From Porphyromonadaceae bacterium (GTDB lineage Bacteria; Bacteroidota; Bacteroidia; Bacteroidales; UBA12481), in contig QYQM01000022.1 in the NCBI GenBank assembly GCA_007280905.1, positions 2,603-66,602 of the forward strand: a DNA stretch of 64,000 nucleotides. Reading direction: 5' to 3'. The notes under the pieces were generated by a model that saw nothing but the letters and a program-made list of their open reading frames with translations, did no database searches and was not told where the DNA came from. Below are positions 7,528 through 16,120 of this stretch, in pieces. Every line of letters starts with the position of its first letter. Positions within the stretch are counted from its first letter, which is position 1. The position numbers and the translations under genes were made by a program.

Positions 7528-8571
7528 ATGTCAAGGACGAAAAGTTCATCGATAGACTTGACTAACCCCAGACTGAAGTCTGGGGGTCTTCTCTCTGGGG
7601 GTCATCCGTCTTCTGCCTCCCAGGATAGACGCAAGTATGCGTCTCTACGGTTTTCTGTCTTCTTTGTCTTCTGTCTTCTGTCTTTTGTCTCTCCTGTTCA
7701 GGCTCAACTTCAGGTCTCCCGGGAGCCTAAAGAAGTGATCGAGGTTTTCGAAGCTATGTACCGATACGATCTGCCCGAGGCCGAGCGGAAACTGAAGAAA
7801 CTCAATGCCACCAATATCGATCAGAATTGGATCGACCTTGCGCACGTCAACCTTCTTTGGTGGTGGCTGATATCAGGTGATAATTCACGCGATTATGATA
7901 ATCAGATGACTGTAGTGCTCAACCGGGTCATCAACCGGTTTAAAAACCGTCCGATCGACAAAATGACCAACGAAGAGGTTTTTACGATGATACACAGCTA
8001 TGCTTACCTGACACGGGTGGATATCTACCAGGAAAGATATTTCGTAGGGATAGTCAATCTACGGCATACTCTTGACTTTTTAGAGATTGCACTAAACAAG
8101 GTATACCAATACGATAAATTTATGATGGTCAGTGGTTTGTATAATTATTTTGCTGCAGTTACGCTAATCAAATATCCGGTTTTCACTCCTTTTTTTACAT
8201 TTGCTCCGGCGAGCGACCGAAACCTGGGATTTCAGCTGCTCAATCGATGTTCCCAAATGGATAACATCCTGATTAAGAATGAATCGCTCTATTATCTAAT
8301 GAAGATAAATTATCAGCTGGAAGAAAATTTCGATCGCGCTTTACCTATTGCAGATCAACTCATCAGACAATATCCGAATAACCTGATTTACCATTTTCAC
8401 CGGTTTATGATTCTGATCGAGGCCAACCGCAGGCCCCAGGCCTTGGCTCAATACACCAAACTGATGGAAGTTTCAATTAAAGCTCCAGGTCTCAATTCAT
8501 TGCAGCGCAACCATCTGGTTGATATCGCAAAAAAAAGGCTGCTGAAAGAAAAAATTAATCCGGCAATCTGA
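7528..8571 (+). CDS. hypothetical all-alpha (TPR-like) protein; start codon uncertain
   Basis: Long ORF. A signal-peptide-like segment RRKYASLRFSVFFVFCLLSFVSPVQAQ has no nearby in-frame start. The candidates are ATG 7528 and ATG 7756. The 5' 165 nt are made of repeat modules. Confidence 0.5.
   Translation: MSRTKSSSIDLTNPRLKSGGLLSGGHPSSASQDRRKYASLRFSVFFVFCLLSFVSPVQAQLQVSREPKEVIEVFEAMYRYDLPEAERKLKKLNATNIDQNWIDLAHVNLLWWWLISGDNSRDYDNQMTVVLNRVINRFKNRPIDKMTNEEVFTMIHSYAYLTRVDIYQERYFVGIVNLRHTLDFLEIALNKVYQYDKFMMVSGLYNYFAAVTLIKYPVFTPFFTFAPASDRNLGFQLLNRCSQMDNILIKNESLYYLMKINYQLEENFDRALPIADQLIRQYPNNLIYHFHRFMILIEANRRPQALAQYTKLMEVSIKAPGLNSLQRNHLVDIAKKRLLKEKINPAI
7566..7585. repeat. hairpin repeat ccccagac-tgaa-gtctgggg, copy B
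   Basis: Perfect 8-bp stem with a 4-nt loop. It is followed by the direct 10-mer tctgggggtc twice (7579-7588, 7594-7603). Confidence 0.6.
7627..7650. repeat. GTAG-prefixed REP hairpin (minus-strand reading), second family member
   Basis: agacgc-aagtat-gcgtct followed by ctac. It aligns with 5778-5801 as (g/a)gacgca(tt/ag)tatgcgtc(c/t)ctac. Confidence 0.55.
7656..7692. repeat. tandem heptamer tract, about 5 x TGTCTTC
   Basis: tgtcttc tt tgtcttc tgtcttc tgtcttt tgtctct, read directly. It encodes the hydrophobic FSVFFVFCLLSFV segment. Confidence 0.6.
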
Positions 8572-8616
8572 TCAGTTTTTCCATTCCGTCTTTGAAATTG
8601 CATCTATAACCAATAT

Positions 8617-9729
8617 ATGGATGCAAATACTATTATACCTAAACTGGCACTGGCATTGATACCTGGTATCGGGGCCAATATTGCACGGGCACTGATGGCA
8701 CGATGCGCCACGGCCGAAGAGATTTTCAGGCTCAAACGCCGGGATCTGATTTCGATACCAGGGATTGGAACACTTCTGGCCGACCGGTTGCTTCATACCG
8801 AAACATTCAAGCGGGCTGAAGAAGAGATCCGCTTTATGGAAAAGGAGCGCCTGGATTGCCGTTTTCTGTTCGATGAAGACTATCCTCCACGGTTGGCTCA
8901 ATGTCCGGATGCACCAATTGTTTTTTTTCTGCGTGGCGGACTTCCGGGACCGGATTTCCGCATGCTCAGTGTGGTTGGTACCCGCAACCCCACAACCCGG
9001 GGAAAACAGATCACCCGCGACCTGATCCAGGGGCTGGCAGACAAGGGTCATCCGGTAGTAATCACATCTGGCCTGGCATATGGAATTGATATACAAGCTC
9101 ATATAGCGGCCCTTGAATCTGGCCTAAAAACAATTGCCGTTCTGGGTCATGGATTTCATACTCTATATCCGGCTATCCACCGGCAAATCGCTGATAGAAT
9201 TACTGAACAGGGAGGGCTGATTTCCGATTTCTTCAGCCACAATCTGCCGGAGCCAAAGAATTTCATTCGCCGCAACCGGATCATTGCCGGCCTGACGGAG
9301 GCGACACTGGTGGTGGAGTCCGGCATTAAAGGAGGTGCCATGGTAACAGCCGAGATGGCCAATTCCTATGATCGTGACGTAATGGTTATACCCGGCCGGC
9401 CCGACGATCTCATGTCACAGGGATGTAACTATCTGATCCGAAGCAATCAGGCTTCATTGGTCGAGAGTGCCGGGGATATTGAATACTTGCTGGGCTGGAA
9501 CCAGGGTCCGGTAAAGAAACCACCCTCTGAACCCATGCTGTTTGAACAGCTCGATCCCGATGAAATGACCATCTACGGATTGCTAACCGGGTCTCCTTTG
9601 TCGGTCGACCAGATCTGCCGGTTGGCCGGGTTTCCGGTTCAGAAAGTTTCCTTTCTTCTTTTAGGCCTGGAATTCAAGGAATTAATCCAGGCAATGCCTG
9701 GAAAACTGTACGCACGGAACGATAATTAA
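8617..9729 (+). CDS. dprA: DNA-processing/protecting protein DprA (Smf)
   Basis: Rossmann-like DprA core GTRNPTTRGKQIT...ITSGLAYGIDIQAH...NFIRRNRIIAGL...VVESGIKGGAMVTA, followed by a C-terminal winged-helix-like tail. Confidence 0.85.
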   Translation: MDANTIIPKLALALIPGIGANIARALMARCATAEEIFRLKRRDLISIPGIGTLLADRLLHTETFKRAEEEIRFMEKERLDCRFLFDEDYPPRLAQCPDAPIVFFLRGGLPGPDFRMLSVVGTRNPTTRGKQITRDLIQGLADKGHPVVITSGLAYGIDIQAHIAALESGLKTIAVLGHGFHTLYPAIHRQIADRITEQGGLISDFFSHNLPEPKNFIRRNRIIAGLTEATLVVESGIKGGAMVTAEMANSYDRDVMVIPGRPDDLMSQGCNYLIRSNQASLVESAGDIEYLLGWNQGPVKKPPSEPMLFEQLDPDEMTIYGLLTGSPLSVDQICRLAGFPVQKVSFLLLGLEFKELIQAMPGKLYARNDN

Positions 9730-9808
9730 TTTCTTGAAAATATGATCGAAATCGTTTTTTTCTAATCAAAATTCTTCTACTTTTTCGGCCATAAAACCTA
9801 TTGAGTAA

Positions 9809-11170
<1,362 letters not shown>

Positions 11171-11186
11171 CCAAATCAGTTGTCTG

Positions 11187-11221
11187 AAAAAAGCTGCCCG
11201 ATTTTCAGGCAGCTTTTTTTT
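11187..11221 (+). terminator. rho-independent terminator (A-tract/T-tract flanked, potentially bidirectional)
   Basis: Stem agctgcc (11192-11198) paired with ggcagct (11208-11214), extended by A/T flanks and followed by a T8 run. Confidence 0.7.
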
Positions 11222-11239
11222 GTACAAAAGGTTAAAAAA

Positions 11240-11317
11240 ACCACGGAGACAAAGAGAACATAGAGAAACACAGAGATAATCACCGTGGAACTCCGTGTAC
11301 TCTGTGCCTCCGTGGTG
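11240..11317. repeat. palindromic intergenic repeat element (purine-rich arm / pyrimidine-rich arm)
   Basis: accacggag (11240-11248) pairs with ctccgtggt (11309-11317). An inner cacagag/ctctgtg pair is present, with a periodic aga-rich tract between. A spurious GTG ORF start at 11285 lies inside it. Confidence 0.55.
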
Positions 11318-11353
11318 ATTAGTTTTTTATCTTTGCCCACTCAAATAATCAGG

Positions 11354-12121
11354 ATGGAACTAACAGATACTCATTGCCATATATATCTTCCCGAATTTGA
11401 CAGCGACCGGAACACCACGGTGCAGCATGCGTTCGCATCCGGAATAACCCGGATTTTTCTTCCTCATGTCGATCGGTCAACAACCGGCAGCCTTTTGGAA
11501 CTTGCTGATCAGTACCCTCAAAATTGCTTCCCGATGATGGGCCTTCATCCAATCTCCGTGAATGCCGCCTTTGAACAGGAACTCGAACACGCAGAGTCAT
11601 TACTTGACACGCGTAAATTCTATGGCATTGGAGAAGTGGGTATCGACCTGCATTGGGATAAAACTTTCCGCGATCAGCAGGAAGAAGCTTTCCGGATTCA
11701 ACTCGGATGGGCTTCAAACAGGAATCTCCCGGTAATCATTCATGTAAGGAACAGTCATGCCGAAACCGTCCAAATCATTGAGAGATCAGGGCTTACAAAC
11801 CTGACTGGCATCTTCCATTGTTTTACCGGAACACCGGATCAGGCCAGGGAAATCATCGGGCTGGGGTTCCATCTCGGAATCGGAGGGGTATCAACCTTTA
11901 AAAATTCCGGCCTTGATCAGGTACTTCCACATATTGATCCAAAATGGATAGTTCTCGAAACGGATTCACCCTACCTGGCTCCGGTTCCTTTCAGGGGAAA
12001 ACGAAATGAACCTTCCTATCTGGTTCACACCGCATCCAAAGTGGCCAGTATATATAACATGACCATTGATAAGCTCGGACAACTGACAACCGAGAACAGT
12101 AAAAACCTATTCGGGATCTGA
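11354..12121 (+). CDS. TatD family metal-dependent hydrolase (DNase)
   Basis: N-terminal LTDTHCHIY metal-binding motif, then GEVGIDLHW, IHVRN and ETDSPYLAP. ATG 11354 was chosen because upstream codons are repeat-derived. Confidence 0.85.
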   Translation: MELTDTHCHIYLPEFDSDRNTTVQHAFASGITRIFLPHVDRSTTGSLLELADQYPQNCFPMMGLHPISVNAAFEQELEHAESLLDTRKFYGIGEVGIDLHWDKTFRDQQEEAFRIQLGWASNRNLPVIIHVRNSHAETVQIIERSGLTNLTGIFHCFTGTPDQAREIIGLGFHLGIGGVSTFKNSGLDQVLPHIDPKWIVLETDSPYLAPVPFRGKRNEPSYLVHTASKVASIYNMTIDKLGQLTTENSKNLFGI

Positions 12122-12188
12122 ATAAGCTGAAATAACTGTTTAGATCAATGGGTTTAATAATTTTTTTGTAATTTTCGCAGCGTTTTTT

Positions 12189-12278
12189 GGAGAGATGGCC
12201 GAGTGGTCGAAGGCGCACGCCTGGAAAGCGTGTACCCTGCGTGAAGCGGGGTCGAGGGTTCGAATCCCTCTTTCTCCG
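12189..12278 (+). tRNA. tRNA-Ser (anticodon GGA), class II with long variable arm
   Basis: Acceptor stem GGAGAGA/TTTCTCC (one G-U pair). Anticodon stem-loop cacgc-CTGGAAA-gcgtg. Long variable arm. T-arm gaggg-TTCGAAT-ccctc. Discriminator G. No CCA is encoded. Confidence 0.85.
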
Positions 12279-12291
12279 CTAATTTTTTTAT

Positions 12292-12299
12292 TAATTTTG
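12292..12299 (+). promoter_or_regulatory. candidate Bacteroidota -7 box TAatTTTG upstream of exbB
   Basis: Exact TAnnTTTG match 46 nt upstream of ATG 12345. I found no convincing -33 TTG. Confidence 0.25.
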
Positions 12300-12344
12300 T
12301 CAAACAAACACGGAAACAAGTATTAACCAATCGATTTTTTAGTC

Positions 12345-13151
12345 ATGAAAAAACTTGCTTTGATAGCTATTTTTGGGATGCTTACATTAGGAGCATCGTT
12401 TCTTGTTCTTAAGGCTCAGAATCAGCCTACCACATCTCCGGACACTTCAATTAAGCCTAAACCAGCTATTGTTGCTCCGGCAGCTACAAAAACCGCTCCT
12501 GTTGAAGCGGAAAAGTCTATGCACCAGGTAGTAAAAGAAAAATTTATTGAAGGGGGCGCCGGGTTTATGGGCATTATCGCCCTTACCATGATTGTAGGTT
12601 TGGCAATATCCATTGAAAGGATCATTTACCTTTCACTTTCGACCACCAATACCGACAAACTCCTGACAAAAATGGAAAAAGCCCTTGCCGAAAACGGAAT
12701 TGAAGGTGCCAAAGAAGTATGCCGCGACACCCGCGGTCCGGTTGCCAGCATTTTCTATCAGGGACTGGAACGCCATTCTGAAGGTCTTGACATGGTTGAG
12801 AAATCGATTCTTTCCTATGGCAGTGTTCAGATGGGCCTCCTCGAAAAAGGGCTGACCTGGATTTCCCTTATGATTGCTACCGCACCTATGTTGGGATTCC
12901 TAGGTACAGTAATCGGGATGGTTCAGGCATTTGATTCAATCCAGAAAGCCGGTGAAATTTCCCCGACCCTGGTTGCCGCCGGTATCAAGGTTGCTTTGTT
13001 AACCACAGTTTTCGGTTTGATCGTAGCTATGATCCTCCAGGTACTTTATAATTATTGCCTTTCAAAAATCGACTCCATCACAAACGATATGGAGAACGGA
13101 TCCATCAGCTTCATGGATATCCTGATCCGCTACAACATGTCGAAAAAATAA
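12345..13151 (+). CDS. exbB: MotA/TolQ/ExbB proton-channel family protein
   Basis: Signal/anchor plus a Pro/Ala/Thr-rich linker, then a MotA_ExbB core (APMLGFLGTVIGMVQAF, AAGIKVALLTTVFGL). Confidence 0.8.
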   Translation: MKKLALIAIFGMLTLGASFLVLKAQNQPTTSPDTSIKPKPAIVAPAATKTAPVEAEKSMHQVVKEKFIEGGAGFMGIIALTMIVGLAISIERIIYLSLSTTNTDKLLTKMEKALAENGIEGAKEVCRDTRGPVASIFYQGLERHSEGLDMVEKSILSYGSVQMGLLEKGLTWISLMIATAPMLGFLGTVIGMVQAFDSIQKAGEISPTLVAAGIKVALLTTVFGLIVAMILQVLYNYCLSKIDSITNDMENGSISFMDILIRYNMSKK

Positions 13152-13169
13152 AGGAAAGGAGTTCCTATT

Positions 13170-13646
13170 ATGAAGAAACAGAAAACTTTAATACGCATTG
13201 CCGAGATATTCTTTTTTACGTTAATGGGCATAAGCGTAGTGTTGACATTCATCTTCTATTTAAATATCGGGAATGTTAACTCAAATGACCTGCTGCCGAA
13301 GCGAATCGCAGATATGGGGCCCACACTCGATTATTTACTCTTTTGGGCTTACCTGTTATCTGTTTTGGCAGTACTCTTTGCTATCGGATTTCCGGCAATT
13401 CAAATCTTTTCAAACCCGAAAGGAGGCCTGAAACCCCTGCTTGCTGTTGTGGGAATCGGTGTTTTAATGTTCATCGCCTATCAACTTGGTGATGATACCA
13501 TTATGAATATTGCTGGTTACAGTGGCCCTGATAACGTCCCTTCACATTTGAAAATGACAGACATGGCCATTTTTTCCATGTATGCCATGACTGCTGGTGC
13601 CGTTATTGCCCTCTTGTATTCAGAGATTAGTAAACTATTCAAATAA
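13170..13646 (+). CDS. hypothetical polytopic membrane protein within the exbB-exbD cluster
   Basis: About 4 predicted TM helices. It is tightly spaced between exbB and exbD. Confidence 0.55.
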   Translation: MKKQKTLIRIAEIFFFTLMGISVVLTFIFYLNIGNVNSNDLLPKRIADMGPTLDYLLFWAYLLSVLAVLFAIGFPAIQIFSNPKGGLKPLLAVVGIGVLMFIAYQLGDDTIMNIAGYSGPDNVPSHLKMTDMAIFSMYAMTAGAVIALLYSEISKLFK

Positions 13647-13654
13647 ACTGAGGT

Positions 13655-14224
13655 ATGGCTAGGAAAAAAAGAAAATTTCCGCAAATTGCAAGTGCATCGC
13701 TGGCTGACATCGCCTTTTTGCTTATTATCTTTTTTATCGTTTCCACTACCATGGACGTGGACACCGGTATCTACCGGTTACTCCCTCAATGGGTGGACAA
13801 TGTGGAAGCACCAAAAATCAATAAGCGGAATACCTTCGTTGTTCTGATCAATAAAAACAATGACCTGCAAATTGGTGGTAGATTTGCTCAAATCTCTGAT
13901 ATCAAAGACCGCCTCAAGGAATTTATCCTGAATCCGCAGGATAATCCCAACCTGTCTGAAAAGAAGGAGGAGGTTATTGAAGGGATCGGGCCGTTCATGA
14001 GATCGCAGGGAATTGTCTCTCTTCAGAATGACAGGGGTACTGACTATGGAGCCTATATGCAGGTGCAGAATGAGCTGGTAAGGGGAATCAATGAGCTACG
14101 TGATGAATATGCGGCGCAACGATTCGGAATGAAAATGAATAAACTGAGCGAAGCCCAGCAAGAAGCAGTTAAGAAAGCGTTCCCAACTGCAATCTCTGAA
14201 GCTGAACCTCAGGAAATCAAATAA
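13655..14224 (+). CDS. exbD: ExbD/TolR family biopolymer transport protein
   Basis: N-terminal SLADIAFLLIIFFIVSTTM anchor motif typical of ExbD/TolR. Confidence 0.8.
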   Translation: MARKKRKFPQIASASLADIAFLLIIFFIVSTTMDVDTGIYRLLPQWVDNVEAPKINKRNTFVVLINKNNDLQIGGRFAQISDIKDRLKEFILNPQDNPNLSEKKEEVIEGIGPFMRSQGIVSLQNDRGTDYGAYMQVQNELVRGINELRDEYAAQRFGMKMNKLSEAQQEAVKKAFPTAISEAEPQEIK

Positions 14225-14238
14225 CTGGAGATTAAATT

Positions 14239-14724
14239 ATGTCAAAATTCAATCCCAAGGGCGGCAAAAAGGAGACGCCGGGAATTACAACCGCCTCCCT
14301 CCCTGATATCATGTTTATGTTACTTTTCTTCTTCATGGTTTCTACAACCCTGAGACAAAATGAGCTTAAAATAACAACCAAATTGCCTTATGCAACGGAA
14401 ATTACCAAGCTGGAAAAAAAGTCTCTGGTAAGCTACATCTTTGTGGGCTCCCCCCGCAAGGAATATGCAGCTTCTTTGGGAACTGAATCCCGTATCCAGC
14501 TGGATGATAATTTTGCTGTGGTTAATGACATCAGAGGGTATATCGCAGGTGAATGGGAAAAACGTGATGAAGCCGACAGGCCGAAAATGACCGTTTCCCT
14601 TAAGGCTGATGAAAAGACCAAAATGGGGATCATTAATGAGATCAAAACCGAACTTAGAAAAGCCGAAGCACTGAAGATTAATTATTCGGCTAAAAAGAGA
14701 TCAGTGGAGACCCGGAATAATTAG
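14239..14724 (+). CDS. exbD: ExbD/TolR family biopolymer transport protein (second paralogue)
   Basis: N-terminal SLPDIMFMLLFFFMVSTTL anchor motif. Confidence 0.8.
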   Translation: MSKFNPKGGKKETPGITTASLPDIMFMLLFFFMVSTTLRQNELKITTKLPYATEITKLEKKSLVSYIFVGSPRKEYAASLGTESRIQLDDNFAVVNDIRGYIAGEWEKRDEADRPKMTVSLKADEKTKMGIINEIKTELRKAEALKINYSAKKRSVETRNN

Positions 14725-14749
14725 AATCAGCATAGATAATTACAGACAA

Positions 14750-14772
14750 GGCCGCAGTTACGCGGCCTTTTT
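14750..14772 (+). terminator. rho-independent terminator of the exbBD cluster
   Basis: Stem ggccgc (14750-14755) paired with gcggcc (14762-14767), followed by T5. Confidence 0.6.
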
Positions 14773-14780
14773 GTTTAACG

Positions 14781-14907
14781 TCACCACATTAGGCACAATA
14801 GTTCACAATAGATGTTCATTAACTGATTAATTTTGGCACACAGAAGAATGTCACCCTTGTATTAACGAAAGGATACTAATGTGACCTAATGTGCCTATTG
14901 TGGTTGA
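14781..14907. repeat. MITE-like element with ~31-bp imperfect terminal inverted repeats
   Basis: Left end tcaccacattaggcacaatagttcacaatag. The reverse complement of the right end is tcaaccacaataggcacattaggtcacattag. Most positions match, with A/T swaps. There is no ORF inside, and it ends 2 nt before the tatC stop. Confidence 0.55.
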
Positions 14908-14909
14908 TT

Positions 14910-15743
14910 TTATCCTTCTGCAGCCTCCCGGGCATTTCGTTCCTTTTCTATTCTGGCCGAAACAAAAATTGAGGCCTCGAAAAGCAGGTACATCGGGATG
15001 GTAACCATGATCTGGCTGAATATATCCGGTGGAGTGATAATCCCGGCCACCAAAAGGATGACGATTATTGCGTGCTTACGGTATTTCCGCATAAATGATG
15101 GTGTGATGATGCCAACCTTGCTCAGGAAATACACAAGGATTGGCAACTCAAAAATCAATCCGCTTGCAAAAACCAGCGAGGTAATAATGCCGATGTAGGA
15201 CTTCAGATTAATCTGGTTCAACACCACACTGCTTACCGAGTAACTGCCCAAAAAGTTAATCGTGAGTGGTACAATCATAAAATAGCCGAACAGGATGCCG
15301 AGCATAAAAAGCATGGTAGTGTAAAAAACCATCCCCCGTGAATATTTTCGTTCCTTATTTTTAAGAGCCGGCATGATAAACCGGTATAACTCCCACAATA
15401 TATAGGGAGCAGCCAGTATCATCCCTCCATAAAGAGCTATCGTAATATGGATCCGGAACTGGCCGGCCATTTCAATATTGATCAGCTGGAACGGAAGATT
15501 ATTGATACACAATTTATCGGTATGAACCCAATGCCCAAACTGGCATAACATCCTGTTGGTAAAGAAATCTATCTCCTTGGGTGCCAGTAAAACATTGAAA
15601 ATAATTTTCTTGAGCAAGAAGGCTATGACCGCAAAAACCCCCACAGAGGCGATTGAACGTAACAAATGACCCCGAAGCACCTCAAGGTGTTCAAGAAAAG
15701 TCATATCGTTCGCATCCTTGTTTTTGAGCTTTTTCTTGTCCAC
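14910..15743 (-). CDS. tatC: twin-arginine translocase subunit TatC
   Basis: TFLEHLEVLRGHLL N-terminal motif and six TM segments. Length is 277 aa. Confidence 0.88.
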   Translation of the reverse strand: MDKKKLKNKDANDMTFLEHLEVLRGHLLRSIASVGVFAVIAFLLKKIIFNVLLAPKEIDFFTNRMLCQFGHWVHTDKLCINNLPFQLINIEMAGQFRIHITIALYGGMILAAPYILWELYRFIMPALKNKERKYSRGMVFYTTMLFMLGILFGYFMIVPLTINFLGSYSVSSVVLNQINLKSYIGIITSLVFASGLIFELPILVYFLSKVGIITPSFMRKYRKHAIIVILLVAGIITPPDIFSQIMVTIPMYLLFEASIFVSARIEKERNAREAAEG

Positions 15744-15800
15744 AACGGAGCGAATTATATTTTTGGGAAATGCCTGAAGATCGGAATCAGAAGAATTCTG

Positions 15801-16004
15801 TTACTCCTTCTTGTCGCCCGGATTAACCGGATGGGTTTCTTCATCATTACTCTTTGAAGCATCCTTGAATTCTTTAATGCCCTTACCGAGACCGCGCATC
15901 AGTTCGGGAATTTTTTTCCCTCCGAACAGCAAAACCACTACAAGGACAATCAGAATAATTTCAGTAGGTCCGAGAACCCCAGCTAATACAAATGATAAAT
16001 TCAT
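15801..16004 (-). CDS. tatA: twin-arginine translocase TatA/TatE family subunit
   Basis: [37 protein letters not shown]: a TM helix followed by an amphipathic helix. Confidence 0.88.
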   Translation of the reverse strand: MNLSFVLAGVLGPTEIILIVLVVVLLFGGKKIPELMRGLGKGIKEFKDASKSNDEETHPVNPGDKKE

Positions 16005-16120
16005 GTCGATATCTTTTAATTAAAGCAGAGCAAAGGTATAACATTTTCATAGAAACTCTGGTTTTTATACTTTCGCCAAGTATTTTTCGATCCGAAAAGA
16101 AATCAGACATCTTCATTACT

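Noticed and set aside
8645-8659. Sigma-54-like -24/-12 string TGGCAC-tggca-TTGA
   Set aside because: It lies inside the first 15 codons of dprA, the -12 element is imperfect (TTGA rather than TTGC), and no plausible downstream target exists. It is most likely a chance match.
8572-9102. Long antisense ORFs inside well-supported genes: 8572-9102 (176 aa, opposite dprA), 16103-16609 (168 aa, opposite leuS), 27451-27903, 37797-38255, 47797-48249 and 51620-52081
   Set aside because: Each lies fully within a strongly supported conserved gene on the other strand. Their composition is low-complexity or Cys/Arg/Ser-rich, typical of shadow frames, and they carry no family motifs.
12122-12344. Possible integration hotspot or genomic island at tRNA-Ser
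   Set aside because: No integrase is present, there is no direct repeat of the tRNA 3' end, and no compositional break. The flanking genes (tatD, exbB cluster) look like core genes.
16084-16098. Small hairpin ttttcg-atc-cgaaaa in the leuS 5' region
   Set aside because: It has a 6-bp AU-rich stem with a 3-nt loop, which gives low stability. This is expected by chance in AT-rich leader sequence.
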